Below, in pieces: positions 46,375 to 55,514 of a DNA stretch of 64,000 nt. Position numbers and translations under genes: made by a program. The DNA lies in the NCBI GenBank assembly GCA_963677465.1, contig OY781976.1, forward strand, positions 5,247,678 through 5,311,677, written 5' to 3'. The stretch comes from an uncultured Desulforhopalus sp. (GTDB taxonomy: Bacteria > Desulfobacterota > Desulfobulbia > Desulfobulbales > Desulfocapsaceae). The notes under the pieces were generated by a model. That model did no database searches, was not told where the DNA came from, and saw only the letters and a list, made by a program, of their open reading frames with translations. The first letter of the stretch is position 1; each line of letters opens with the position of its first letter.

Positions 46375-47064
46375 ATGGGATTGAAAATTAATGAGCTATT
46401 GTCTTCAAAGTTTGCACAATGGCTGTTGTATAAATTCATTCGTATCTACTCGTTAACATACAGGCTTGAAGTCCAGAACGAAGGTGAGTGGCTTGATTAT
46501 TTGCACAATAATGGCCGTATTATTCTTTGCGCCCATCATCAGCAGTTCTTTCCAGCTATTCGTTATTTCCAACGGTATAAAAAATATAAGCCGGGCCTTA
46601 TGATAAGCAGGAGTAAAGACGGTGAATTCATTTCCGGTGTGGCCAACAGATCCGGATGGACAACAGTAAGAGGATCTTCCTCCAGGGGCGGGGCTGAAGC
46701 TTTAAAAGGGATGATTGATCATCTTGCCGAGCATAGACTTGCCGGTCATGTAATTGATGGCCCCAGAGGGCCTTTTGGTGTTGTAAAGCCTGGAATAATA
46801 AAGCTTGCTCAAGCCACTGGTGCCGTTATTGTGCCTCTTTACACCAGAGCGAATAGAGCTTGGTATTTTCGAAGCTGGGATAAGTTTTTTCTTCCGAAAC
46901 CTTTTTCGAAGGTCATATTACGGTTCGGGGAGAAAGTAGAATTTGCACCGACTGAATCAACTGAGGAATTTGAAAAACAGAGAAAGACGCTTGAAAATGT
47001 TATGTCAAAAGGAAATGATACGTTAATCGCTGATGTTTTAGGGCATTCCTTTAAGAAAGAATGA
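46375..47064 (+). CDS. DUF374-type lysophospholipid acyltransferase family protein
   Basis: ISRSKDGEFISGVANRSGWTTVRGSSSRGGAEAL block is characteristic of DUF374 (from memory). ATG preceded by AGGAG. Confidence 0.65.
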   Translation: MGLKINELLSSKFAQWLLYKFIRIYSLTYRLEVQNEGEWLDYLHNNGRIILCAHHQQFFPAIRYFQRYKKYKPGLMISRSKDGEFISGVANRSGWTTVRGSSSRGGAEALKGMIDHLAEHRLAGHVIDGPRGPFGVVKPGIIKLAQATGAVIVPLYTRANRAWYFRSWDKFFLPKPFSKVILRFGEKVEFAPTESTEEFEKQRKTLENVMSKGNDTLIADVLGHSFKKE

Positions 47065-47210
47065 TCACCAAGTGGGGTGTACTAAGAGGGCTGCTTTCGT
47101 CCATAAAAAGAAATTTCCAAGAGCTGAAAAAGCCACTTTATGAAAAAATTATACTGTTAAACCAAATTGTTGGGTTGGCCCCACTCCGACCAACACCGAC
47201 ATCCACCTCC

Positions 47211-47768
47211 TCAGGCCTCTATCAAATGGTTGATTCCAGACACGAGCACATTGAAACTTTTGGAGTGATTGGATTTTAAATTCAGATAGGGGGCAATAGC
47301 CCGGGAACCGGAAACTTTATCATATGTATTGTTGGTAAGCCTGTATAATTCTTCAGCTGGGCTTCCTAAAACATCAGGGTTTCTAAATTTTTTCCCCTGT
47401 TGCTGTGTTTTAAGTCCTTTTAGACCAAGGCCTTTTTCTACGGCTGCAAGATCACCCAGGTAAAAGCTTTCCAACTCTCGACAAGCAATTCGAACCAATA
47501 CCTTTTGTTTTCCAGATTCGTTACATAATCCAACCAATTTGTTTTTTATCGTTTTGCAATCCCCCGAATCTTGATCTCGCATCACCACGAATATGGATTC
47601 CGGTAACCTCCAACCGCGCAGTTTCGGCTTCAAGTTTTTTTCAAGATCTTGCTTGCCCTGAAAAACAACATAGCGAACATGAACGTTATCAGGAAGAAGA
47701 CGGGGAAGAATACCTGCAAGCATTTCACGGGCCGAAGGTTCTTCAAGAAAAAAAACAATGGTTTTCAT
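47211..47768 (-). CDS. DUF4276 family protein (Toprim-like, putative nuclease partner of the upstream ATPase)
   Basis: N-terminus MKTIVFFLEEPSAREMLAGILPRLLP with a conserved Glu. Acidic cluster VVMRDQDSGD, then ELESFYLGD. The start overlaps the ATPase stop (ATGA). Confidence 0.7.
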   Translation of the reverse strand: MKTIVFFLEEPSAREMLAGILPRLLPDNVHVRYVVFQGKQDLEKNLKPKLRGWRLPESIFVVMRDQDSGDCKTIKNKLVGLCNESGKQKVLVRIACRELESFYLGDLAAVEKGLGLKGLKTQQQGKKFRNPDVLGSPAEELYRLTNNTYDKVSGSRAIAPYLNLKSNHSKSFNVLVSGINHLIEA

Positions 47769-48952
47769 TGAGGATCAGCTCCTTCCAAAAAGCCTTGATC
47801 CCAGAGATAGCCCATCTTATCACCTTGAGCCATGTATACAGAGAGCTGCTCGTCATCCTTTGCCCGTCGGATCTGAGAATAACCATCTTTCTTCACCAGC
47901 CAGAACACTTCGTCAAGTCTTGTCGCATTTAAAAAGTCGGGAGAATGTGTGGAAACAAAAACCTGACCGCCGCGATTGGCATAAGCACGAAATTCTTCAG
48001 CTAGCTCCCATAGAAGTTTTGGATAAAGCTGGTTTTCCGGCTCCTCCACACATAGCAATGGATGAGGGTTCGGGTCGTAAAGAAGCGTCAAATATGCTAG
48101 CATTTTGATGGTTCCGTCGGAAACATATCGAGCAAGAAAAGGATCTTCAAATACTCCGTCCTGAAATTTCAGAAGCACTCTTCCTTCTTCTGTCGTCTTC
48201 GAATCGACATCGGAAATACCGGGGACTCTTCTCCTGAGAAGGTCGAGAATCTTTTTAAAAATCTTATCATGGTGATTATGAAGGTATTGAATAACTAACG
48301 AGAGGTTCTCACCTTCACGCGAAAGATGTTCGGCATATCCAGCTTCCTGCTCTGGTCTAGCCTTACTGATATGGAAATCAGAAACATGCCAGTTTTCAAT
48401 AAGATTGCCAAGCGCCATAACAGCGGGAAACCTCGCAAACTGTGCTAATCCTTTAACTGCGAGAATGTCAGAAGATTTGAGTGTTTGCTCTTCGCGGTTC
48501 AAGTCTTTTACGTCCGTCACGGAATCAAGCTCATTTGTAACGGCTGTACCCGTTCCTCGTTTAAAATTAAGGAAATGCCAAGGTTGTCCGCTACTACCCC
48601 TCCTATATTTAAGAACCTCTCTTTCCACAATAGCCTTTCCTTTCTTTTCACCAATTTGGAGGAAGTAAGTTGTCAGTGGGCTATCTGGTTTGGCACGGAA
48701 CTTTAGTTCTATTTCGATTGGTCCTTTGGAGTTTCGGCTACGCACTTCTTGAAATCCCCGGCTTCCGCCGAGTTTCATAAGCGCCGTATTCACATTAGTT
48801 GTCAGTGCATCACGGAGAAAACCGAAAACACTGAAAACGGTGCTTTTTCCGGTACCGTTTGCACCAACAATTACGCAGAAATTTGGAAGATTCTTAAGCT
48901 CTGCATCCTGAAATGTTTTAAAATTCTTTAATCGTATTGACTCGATTTTCAT
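47765..48952 (-). CDS. ABC/SMC-like AAA ATPase (AAA_15/AAA_21 type)
   Basis: MKIESIRLKNFKTF... N-terminus. Walker A GANGTGKST, Walker B/D-loop LLCVEEPENQLYP, and His switch VSTHSPDFL. ATG preceded by GGGAGA with an 8-nt spacer. Confidence 0.8.
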   Translation of the reverse strand: MKIESIRLKNFKTFQDAELKNLPNFCVIVGANGTGKSTVFSVFGFLRDALTTNVNTALMKLGGSRGFQEVRSRNSKGPIEIELKFRAKPDSPLTTYFLQIGEKKGKAIVEREVLKYRRGSSGQPWHFLNFKRGTGTAVTNELDSVTDVKDLNREEQTLKSSDILAVKGLAQFARFPAVMALGNLIENWHVSDFHISKARPEQEAGYAEHLSREGENLSLVIQYLHNHHDKIFKKILDLLRRRVPGISDVDSKTTEEGRVLLKFQDGVFEDPFLARYVSDGTIKMLAYLTLLYDPNPHPLLCVEEPENQLYPKLLWELAEEFRAYANRGGQVFVSTHSPDFLNATRLDEVFWLVKKDGYSQIRRAKDDEQLSVYMAQGDKMGYLWDQGFLEGADPQ

Positions 48953-49553
48953 TTTATATCTCTCCCAGGAACCTTCTTGTCATGATTTTGATTGAAGAAT
49001 TTCAAATAATAATCGTTATAGCAGGTAATTGGTATCACCTTTTTCTAATTGATTGCTGTTAAAATAAGCGCCAAGGTCCAGATTCAAAAACACGCTCCAC
49101 CTTGGTCTCATACTCAGTCATTTTTCCTTTTGCACGCGAAATAATCAACCATTTGGTTGTAGCCCAGCTTTGTGAGTGTATTTTGAAAACAGCCCCAATA
49201 CAAATTACGCCATCACCTATTCTACAAAACTCTTTCTTTGCTGAAAATGAGTGATAAAAAATTCATGGATTTAAAATTATCTTTGAATCAATGCCATCTT
49301 TCAATTTCAAGAAATGCACCTGGTAGATGTCATCAAATTACAATACTGGATTATTTTGTTACGTCGTGGCAACGGACATCTTGTGTTCTTAAATATCATT
49401 GTACAGTTATCACCAATTACTTGTTAACACAATTGGTTATTTCCGCAAGATCAAGACGTTATCTATCACGATAGTTGTGGATTGTATTGATAATGATGGC
49501 GAGAAGCAAGAATACAAATCAAACATATAAACTGCAAAAAGGAGCTATGCTCT

Positions 49554-50429
49554 TTATCGCCGATGAATAAACCGCTCAAAATGATACCATTCAAAGGGAT
49601 GTTGCCGCAGTGACTGTTCTAAAAGGTCGGCATACTGCTGGGCAGCCCGGGCAATGGCTTCGGGCCGATCCTGGCGAGATGTCGACTTGAGGGGTATAGG
49701 GTCGGACAGGGTGAAATGATAGCTGTTTTTGCCGGTGCGAAAGGCAAAAAAGACCAGCAGCGGAGCACCCGAGACCAGGGCAAAGATAAAAGGTGCCTCT
49801 GGCAGGTAGACGTCATGGCCCAAGAAAGTGACACACACCTTGCGCTGGTCGCTGCGCCAGACAATATCACCCGCCATGGACACGAGGCCACCTTTCTGCA
49901 AAAAACGAATTCCTTCTACAGCGGTAAACGGTGAACTGTTTTCCTGGTCCGCACCGATGATGGTCACTCCGGATCGGCGCAGATCATTTTTTTGCATTCG
50001 CTCCACCCCTTCCTTTTCCTTTACGCCCATATAAAGAAGCAGGTGGAGATCCTCCCGCTGTTGCTTGAGCAGGGTCGCGGCCATTTCCCAGTTACCAAGG
50101 TGTGACATCAGCAAAATACCACCCTGGCGACCAATAACTGCTTCCAGATTTTCCCATCCCTCGGAGGTATAAGTCGCTGATTTGGCTTGTCCCACCAGGA
50201 ACCTGTCAAAATGAATAGTGGTGAAATTTTGGTACTGCCTGAAGGTACACCAGAGATGATAGAATCTTCCCCGCTCGGGATACAAAGCGGCATAGAAGCG
50301 GCGACTTTCCGGAACCCGTCTGGAAAAGACAAAATAACCGCCGGCAATAATGCGGGAGACAAGGACAAAGAACCAGGAACCACACAGGCCGGCAACCCGG
50401 ATAAGCAGCCTATACCAAAAGCCATTCAT
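49554..50429 (-). CDS. LpxL/HtrB-like lipid A biosynthesis (late) acyltransferase family protein
   Basis: N-terminal TM helix and the MSHLGNWEMAA motif (HxxxxE/D of the lauroyl acyltransferase family). 4-nt overlap with the upstream GT2 gene. Confidence 0.7.
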   Translation of the reverse strand: MNGFWYRLLIRVAGLCGSWFFVLVSRIIAGGYFVFSRRVPESRRFYAALYPERGRFYHLWCTFRQYQNFTTIHFDRFLVGQAKSATYTSEGWENLEAVIGRQGGILLMSHLGNWEMAATLLKQQREDLHLLLYMGVKEKEGVERMQKNDLRRSGVTIIGADQENSSPFTAVEGIRFLQKGGLVSMAGDIVWRSDQRKVCVTFLGHDVYLPEAPFIFALVSGAPLLVFFAFRTGKNSYHFTLSDPIPLKSTSRQDRPEAIARAAQQYADLLEQSLRQHPFEWYHFERFIHRR

Positions 50430-51136
50430 CGTCGAAACATCCTGAAGATGCGGGCAAAGATCAACCGGTTGAAGCAGACAGAATTGCGCCAGAAATCAAG
50501 CCAGGGCCGAAAGTGACTGACCCGTTCCCCCCTTGCCTGATAGATGACCGACACCGGCGCTTCCTTTGTTTTGATGCCCTGCGCTCGCGCCTTGACCAGT
50601 ATTTCCACCTCAAACTGGTATCGTCTGGCCTCGACTCCAAGCTGAAAAACTTCCGATAGCGGATAGAGCCTAAAACCGGACTGGGAGTCCTCAACCCATG
50701 GTCCCCCGGCGGCCCATACCCAGAAATTAGAGAATTTACGGCCAAATCTGCTGGTCCAGGGCACATTAACTGTATCTTCCATCCCCTGCCGTCTGCCGAT
50801 AACTATGCACCGTTCACCATCACTTACTGCCTGGAGCAATGCTCTGGCATCTTCGGGATTATGCTGGCCGTCACCGTCAAGGGTAATTGCCCAGTCGCAC
50901 TTTTTTTCAATGGCGGCAGCAAAACCGGTGAGAATGGCAGCACCCTTGCCCCGGTTGACAGAATGACGCAGGATCGTAATCCCACTGATTATCGAGATCA
51001 CCTGGCTGGTCAAATCCGTTGATCCGTCATCCACCACAAAAATAGGCAAATCAAGTTTCAGGGATTGACGGATAACTTCGCCAATCTGCCCACCGTGATT
51101 GTAAACAGGTATAATGACGGCAGGTCTCATCTTCAT
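50426..51136 (-). CDS. Glycosyltransferase family 2
   Basis: VIIPVYNH, VVDDGSTD and the DxD-type LDGDGQH. Start set at the internal ATG (MKMRPAV) after AGGAAG, which avoids overlap with the upstream gene. The track ORF extends to 51256. Confidence 0.8.
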   Translation of the reverse strand: MKMRPAVIIPVYNHGGQIGEVIRQSLKLDLPIFVVDDGSTDLTSQVISIISGITILRHSVNRGKGAAILTGFAAAIEKKCDWAITLDGDGQHNPEDARALLQAVSDGERCIVIGRRQGMEDTVNVPWTSRFGRKFSNFWVWAAGGPWVEDSQSGFRLYPLSEVFQLGVEARRYQFEVEILVKARAQGIKTKEAPVSVIYQARGERVSHFRPWLDFWRNSVCFNRLIFARIFRMFRR

Positions 51137-51167
51137 AACGGAAATCTTCCTGTCCAAGAATGCAAGA

Positions 51168-52883
51168 TTAAGATTGTTTTTCTTCGATAGAAGAAAAGGC
51201 CATCGACCAGGTACCGGGCCCCATATGGACTCCGGAGGTAAGCGACAGGGGGGCAACCAGGATTTCCGCTGCCGGTAGCAGTGCCTTAACCTGCTGCCTG
51301 GCGATATCTGTCACCCACTCTTCATTATCGGAATATTGTAGCATGACCAGTGGCGCAGCACATCCAACAAACCGCTCGGTCAATTTTTCCATGGCAAAGG
51401 CAAGCTGGCCTTTGCGGCTATGCACCACGCCAACCTTTTGTACCCCATCGCTCATCGGACTAATAACCGGTTTCATGGACAATAAATCGCCCAAAAAGCC
51501 ACCTGCCCGGGAAACCCGGCCTCCTGCCACCAGATACTTCAGTTCATCGATGAAGACCAGCTCGACACAATCGGCCATGGCTTCTCGAGCAAAAGCAACA
51601 AGGTCTTTACCACTTTTGCCCTTCTTTACCTGTCGCGCAGTGAGCAGGGCAATGATGGCCAGTCGGCCGGAGGCTGCTCCGGTATCGATCACCGTCAACA
51701 GGTTGTCCGGATCATTGTCTTTTTTCCAGGCCATGGCAGTCGCAAAATTGCCGGTAAAGGCTGAACCCACCGCAAGATACAAAGAACGGCCAAACTGCTG
51801 ACAAATACTCTGATAATACTGATACCTCTCAAAGGTCGAGGCCTGGGCGGTAGTTATCTTCCCCCCCTGGCGCATCAAGAGGTAGAGTTGGGCCGGACCA
51901 TAGAGACTCTCAGGCCTTGAAGTATCCCCCGTGACTATATAACTATCCAGCAGGGTGATACCATTTTGCCGGGCCATTTCGCGGGTTATCGACCCGGCAG
52001 CATCCGTAACAATGTGCAGAGCTGGTTTTTCGGCTGGTTCAGAGTATTGTTGCCCCGTTCCCTGATGAATTTCCTCGGCGGACCAATGAACGATATCCCC
52101 GTACGAACTAAGTTGTCCCCGCAGCTGATTTGGGTCAGGAGTGTGCAGATGCACCTTGAGCATGGCTTCATCTTCCACCACCACCACGCTTTCCCCCAGT
52201 TCAGCGATGCTGCCTTTAGCGGCACCATGCTTATCTGCCGTTTGAATAACCACATCAACACAATAGCAGTCGGTGCTTGTCGGACAAAAGGAACTGTTGA
52301 TGGCGAGTGTCTCGCCAAAAATCTCCAGAATGGAGACAGGCTTGCCCTTTTGCTGGCTGAGATGCCTGAAAAAGCCGTCAAAAAAGACGTACATGGCCAG
52401 AGCGCCAGAATCCACCACCCCCGCATTCTTCAGCTCGGGCAGGAGCTGCAAGGTGTCGGTGGCGGCCCTTTGCAGCTCAAGACTTAAAGGAATATAAATG
52501 TCCTGTAATTCAATCTTCGACGCCAGAACCCTGGCAAGGGCGTCAAAAACAGAAAGCATCGTTCCCGCCCGGGGGCTGGCAATCGCCTGCCAGGCCTTCT
52601 CATTCCCCAAGGCTGCCTTTTCTGCCAGCTCAGCGTAATATTTAGCCTGACAAAATTCCCGAAAGAACGCCGCGGCAATATTACCGGAGTTGCCGGTGGC
52701 ACAGCGAGCCAGGAGAGTATAGGTTGTCTTGCTATCACTATCACGAAGCGGTGCCAGGCTGATGCGAAGGTTGGTTCCGGTATCGCCATCGGCAACAGGA
52801 AAAACATTGATTTGGTCAAGGAGATCGGCCCAGGCCGAAAGACAGGCATAACCTGCGGCCAAGCTCTGGTTCAGGCTATTCAT
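51168..52883 (-). CDS. DAK2-domain + DegV-like domain fusion protein (FakA/YloV-like putative fatty-acid kinase or binding protein)
   Basis: N-terminal DAK2 motif VADGDTGTNL. The C-terminal ~280 aa are DegV-like (LHIVTDAAGSITREMARQNGITLLDSYI ...). Confidence 0.65.
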   Translation of the reverse strand: MNSLNQSLAAGYACLSAWADLLDQINVFPVADGDTGTNLRISLAPLRDSDSKTTYTLLARCATGNSGNIAAAFFREFCQAKYYAELAEKAALGNEKAWQAIASPRAGTMLSVFDALARVLASKIELQDIYIPLSLELQRAATDTLQLLPELKNAGVVDSGALAMYVFFDGFFRHLSQQKGKPVSILEIFGETLAINSSFCPTSTDCYCVDVVIQTADKHGAAKGSIAELGESVVVVEDEAMLKVHLHTPDPNQLRGQLSSYGDIVHWSAEEIHQGTGQQYSEPAEKPALHIVTDAAGSITREMARQNGITLLDSYIVTGDTSRPESLYGPAQLYLLMRQGGKITTAQASTFERYQYYQSICQQFGRSLYLAVGSAFTGNFATAMAWKKDNDPDNLLTVIDTGAASGRLAIIALLTARQVKKGKSGKDLVAFAREAMADCVELVFIDELKYLVAGGRVSRAGGFLGDLLSMKPVISPMSDGVQKVGVVHSRKGQLAFAMEKLTERFVGCAAPLVMLQYSDNEEWVTDIARQQVKALLPAAEILVAPLSLTSGVHMGPGTWSMAFSSIEEKQS

Positions 52884-54271
52884 TTCTTCAGAAGGCGGGC
52901 AATTGCAAGCAAATCGTATTTGCCGTTATTTTTCACAGGAATCCGCTCAACTGTTTTTATGCGGCGTGGCAGAGCGTACGGTTCCAGTGAGTCGGTTAGA
53001 CGTCTTCTAATCGTCTCCGCATCGACATTGGCTCCCTGAATCAAAGCGCCAATCTGGTTTTCGCGCCCACCAGTTTCAGGCAGGGCCATCACGACGCAGT
53101 CGATAACCCCTGGTTCATTTTTAATGAGCAACCGGACCTCTTCAAGGTCCACCCGTTTTCCTCCCACCTTAGTCACAGTATCGGCACGGCCTTTCAGAGC
53201 AAATTCGCTTCTACTTATCGCCTCCACCCTATCGCTGGCAGTAAAAAAACCTTCCTCATCAATGGGTAATTCGGGAGAGATATAGGCCGAACGTACCGCC
53301 AGTTGGCCCTCGATAATCTTCCAGTCAATGGTGGCAAAAGGAGTGAAATATTCTTCGCCAAGGTGTCTGTTTCTGGTGGCAATGCCGCCTGTTTCGGTGG
53401 AACCGTATACCTCCACCACACCTTTTTTATTTCTCTGACAAAAGGCGCCATTGTCCGCTGCGTCAAGCATACCGGCAGAGGAAAAGGCCAGCCGAAGAGA
53501 GCTATTTAATTTAACCTCACGCAAGACACGGTAATGAGCAGGAACACTGGCGAAAATTGTAATCTCATTTTCTTTGACAAGCTGGGCAATTTCGTTTGGA
53601 TAAGATGGTGTCTCCTCCACCACCGTCGCAGAAGAAACAAGAGGTACGACAACAGAGAAGAGCAGGCCATAAATGTGATAGGCCGGGATTGTCGCCATGA
53701 TACAGTCTTGTTCCGTCACGCCATAGCGACGGGCGTGGTAGAAACCTTCACTAAAAACATTCTCCCGTGTTTTGGCCCAAACCTGCGGTGCACCGGTGGT
53801 CCCGCCGGTAAATATTTTCAGCAACTCCGCGCGGGGTGAAGACTGGCCACCCACCAGAATCTCCGCAGGGCCTGTTGATTTTGGACAGATTACCTGCACC
53901 CCGGCGGGAAATTCTCTTTCAACATCGGAAATAGCGGTGACAAAACCGGTAGCCTGCTGCATCTTGGCGAGAGCCTGGACAGAAAAAGCATAGGGCAGCA
54001 GCAGGCTTGGTCCACCGGCAAGGGACGCCAAAAGCGCCGCAGCTATAGTCGCTTTATTCTCAGCAGCAAGGCAGACAGCTACGCCCTGATGCTCGGGACC
54101 TGCCAGCGCAGCGCGCAGACTGGCAGCCATTGCGTACACTTCAGCGAAGGTGGCCCCGGAACGGACAAACTCTCTGTCCGGATATTTGGGCCCTTCGAGC
54201 AGCTTTTGTATGGCCTTTTCAATATTTATTGAAAAATCAGCGCTCATCTTCCCTGACAACCACCCTGCCAA
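52880..54271 (-). CDS. AMP-dependent synthetase/ligase (acyl-AMP/acyl-ACP ligase type)
   Basis: Adenylation motifs IFTGGTTGAPQVW and YGSTETGGIA, plus GRADTVTKVGGKRV. The start is ambiguous: TTG at 54271 or ATG at 54247. Confidence 0.85.
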   Translation of the reverse strand: MAGWLSGKMSADFSINIEKAIQKLLEGPKYPDREFVRSGATFAEVYAMAASLRAALAGPEHQGVAVCLAAENKATIAAALLASLAGGPSLLLPYAFSVQALAKMQQATGFVTAISDVEREFPAGVQVICPKSTGPAEILVGGQSSPRAELLKIFTGGTTGAPQVWAKTRENVFSEGFYHARRYGVTEQDCIMATIPAYHIYGLLFSVVVPLVSSATVVEETPSYPNEIAQLVKENEITIFASVPAHYRVLREVKLNSSLRLAFSSAGMLDAADNGAFCQRNKKGVVEVYGSTETGGIATRNRHLGEEYFTPFATIDWKIIEGQLAVRSAYISPELPIDEEGFFTASDRVEAISRSEFALKGRADTVTKVGGKRVDLEEVRLLIKNEPGVIDCVVMALPETGGRENQIGALIQGANVDAETIRRRLTDSLEPYALPRRIKTVERIPVKNNGKYDLLAIARLLKK

Positions 54272-55514
54272 AAGATTGTCCGCTCATGCTTCTATCCCGC
54301 GGCTGAAAGGTGTTATCCTCCATTTCTTTTTTTACAACCTGCTTAAACAGCTTGGCCATTTTTATCGATTGCGGTTCATCCTGATAGAAGGCATTCCAGG
54401 CATAATCGAGCAATTCCTGGAGTTTTTCAGGGCTCATATGCTTGGGTTGAAAGACCACCTGGTCAGCCGAAAAATCGTTCCAGTCCTTGGAGAGGATACG
54501 GTTTTGTTTGTTCAGATCGTCATAGGCCTTGGTGTGAGGAAATGGCGTCAACACTGTAAATTCGGCAAGATCCAGTTCTATCTCCAGCAAGAAATCAATC
54601 AGGCGTTTGATGTCATCCTCAGTGTGAGTATCCAGTCCCAAGAGGATCGTTCCTTCCACCCCGATACCATAGTCGTGGTAGCGTTTAATACGCTCTTTAA
54701 TGTAATCGGAAGTATCAAAGACGGCCTGATAGACATACCAGGCCCCGGCCTGGGCGGCCAGGTCAAGAACTTCCGGTTTATCTTCAATGGGATGAGAGCA
54801 CCACTTCTTTTTCAGCGGAATCATCTCCCGAAAAAGATCCATCTCCCATTTGGTATCCTGAGCCAGGGAATTATCGACAATAAAGAGCCGGTTATTATCG
54901 ATCCCGGCAATCTCGGCCACAGCCTTATCGATGGGCCGCGGTCGAAACACTCTGCCGCCAAGGTAAGAGACAGCACAGGGGTAACAATTAAAACGACAAC
55001 CGCGGGAGGCATGCACCAGATCGACCATCTGCACGCCCTTATAATTGTAGAGCTTGTGGTCGAGAATATCCCGTCGCGCCGGGCCAACCAGGGCTATATC
55101 AGGCCTATCGTTGATAAAATCATAGCAAGGCTGCAATCTATTCTGACGAAAATCGGCCAGAACCTGTTCCATCCGCCCTTCTGCCTCGCCAAGAAAAACC
55201 GCATCGGCATGTTGCATGGTTTCCTCGGCATGGAGCATGGTGGAAATACCACCAAAGATAACCTTGATGCCTTTTTTTCGATAGGTATCGGCAATCTCCC
55301 AGCCTCTTTTAACCTGGACGGTGAGCATCATGGAGATACCAACGAAATCCACCGCCTCGTCAAAATCTATCTCCTGCAGGTTTTCATCGATAAAATCGAT
55401 ATCAACATAATCAGGCAGTGTTGCGGCAAAGACCACCGGCCCATGGGGAGGAAGATGAAACTCCGTCTGCCGGTCGAGCTTGGCCCATTTTGGGTATATG
55501 AGTTTAAATTTCAT
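54237..55514 (-). CDS. B12-binding-domain (class B-like) radical SAM protein
   Basis: N-terminal Rossmann-like segment (VDFVGISMM...KVIFGGIS), then SRGCRFNCYPCA. Confidence 0.8.
   Translation of the reverse strand: MKFKLIYPKWAKLDRQTEFHLPPHGPVVFAATLPDYVDIDFIDENLQEIDFDEAVDFVGISMMLTVQVKRGWEIADTYRKKGIKVIFGGISTMLHAEETMQHADAVFLGEAEGRMEQVLADFRQNRLQPCYDFINDRPDIALVGPARRDILDHKLYNYKGVQMVDLVHASRGCRFNCYPCAVSYLGGRVFRPRPIDKAVAEIAGIDNNRLFIVDNSLAQDTKWEMDLFREMIPLKKKWCSHPIEDKPEVLDLAAQAGAWYVYQAVFDTSDYIKERIKRYHDYGIGVEGTILLGLDTHTEDDIKRLIDFLLEIELDLAEFTVLTPFPHTKAYDDLNKQNRILSKDWNDFSADQVVFQPKHMSPEKLQELLDYAWNAFYQDEPQSIKMAKLFKQVVKKEMEDNTFQPRDRSMSGQSFGRVVVREDER

Noticed and set aside
47061-47279. 72-aa plus-strand ORF overlapping the end of the DUF374 gene and the end of the DUF4276 gene.
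   Set aside because: It overlaps two better-supported genes and has no ribosome-binding site or motif.
49238-49474. 78-aa ORF in the AT-rich gap just upstream of the ATPase gene.
   Set aside because: It has a non-ATG start in the track, no Shine-Dalgarno, and AT-rich codon content giving a Ser/Leu/Cys/Thr-rich product with no motif. It is more likely non-coding, and the finding on the gap covers it.
47065-49553. Calling the ATPase/DUF4276 region a bona fide mobile genomic island.
   Set aside because: I found no integrase, transposase, tRNA attachment site or flanking direct repeats. The 60-nt samples I counted inside the ATPase gene have 45-48% G+C, close to the surroundings. Only the 600-bp gap is clearly AT-rich. 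Insertion remains a hypothesis.
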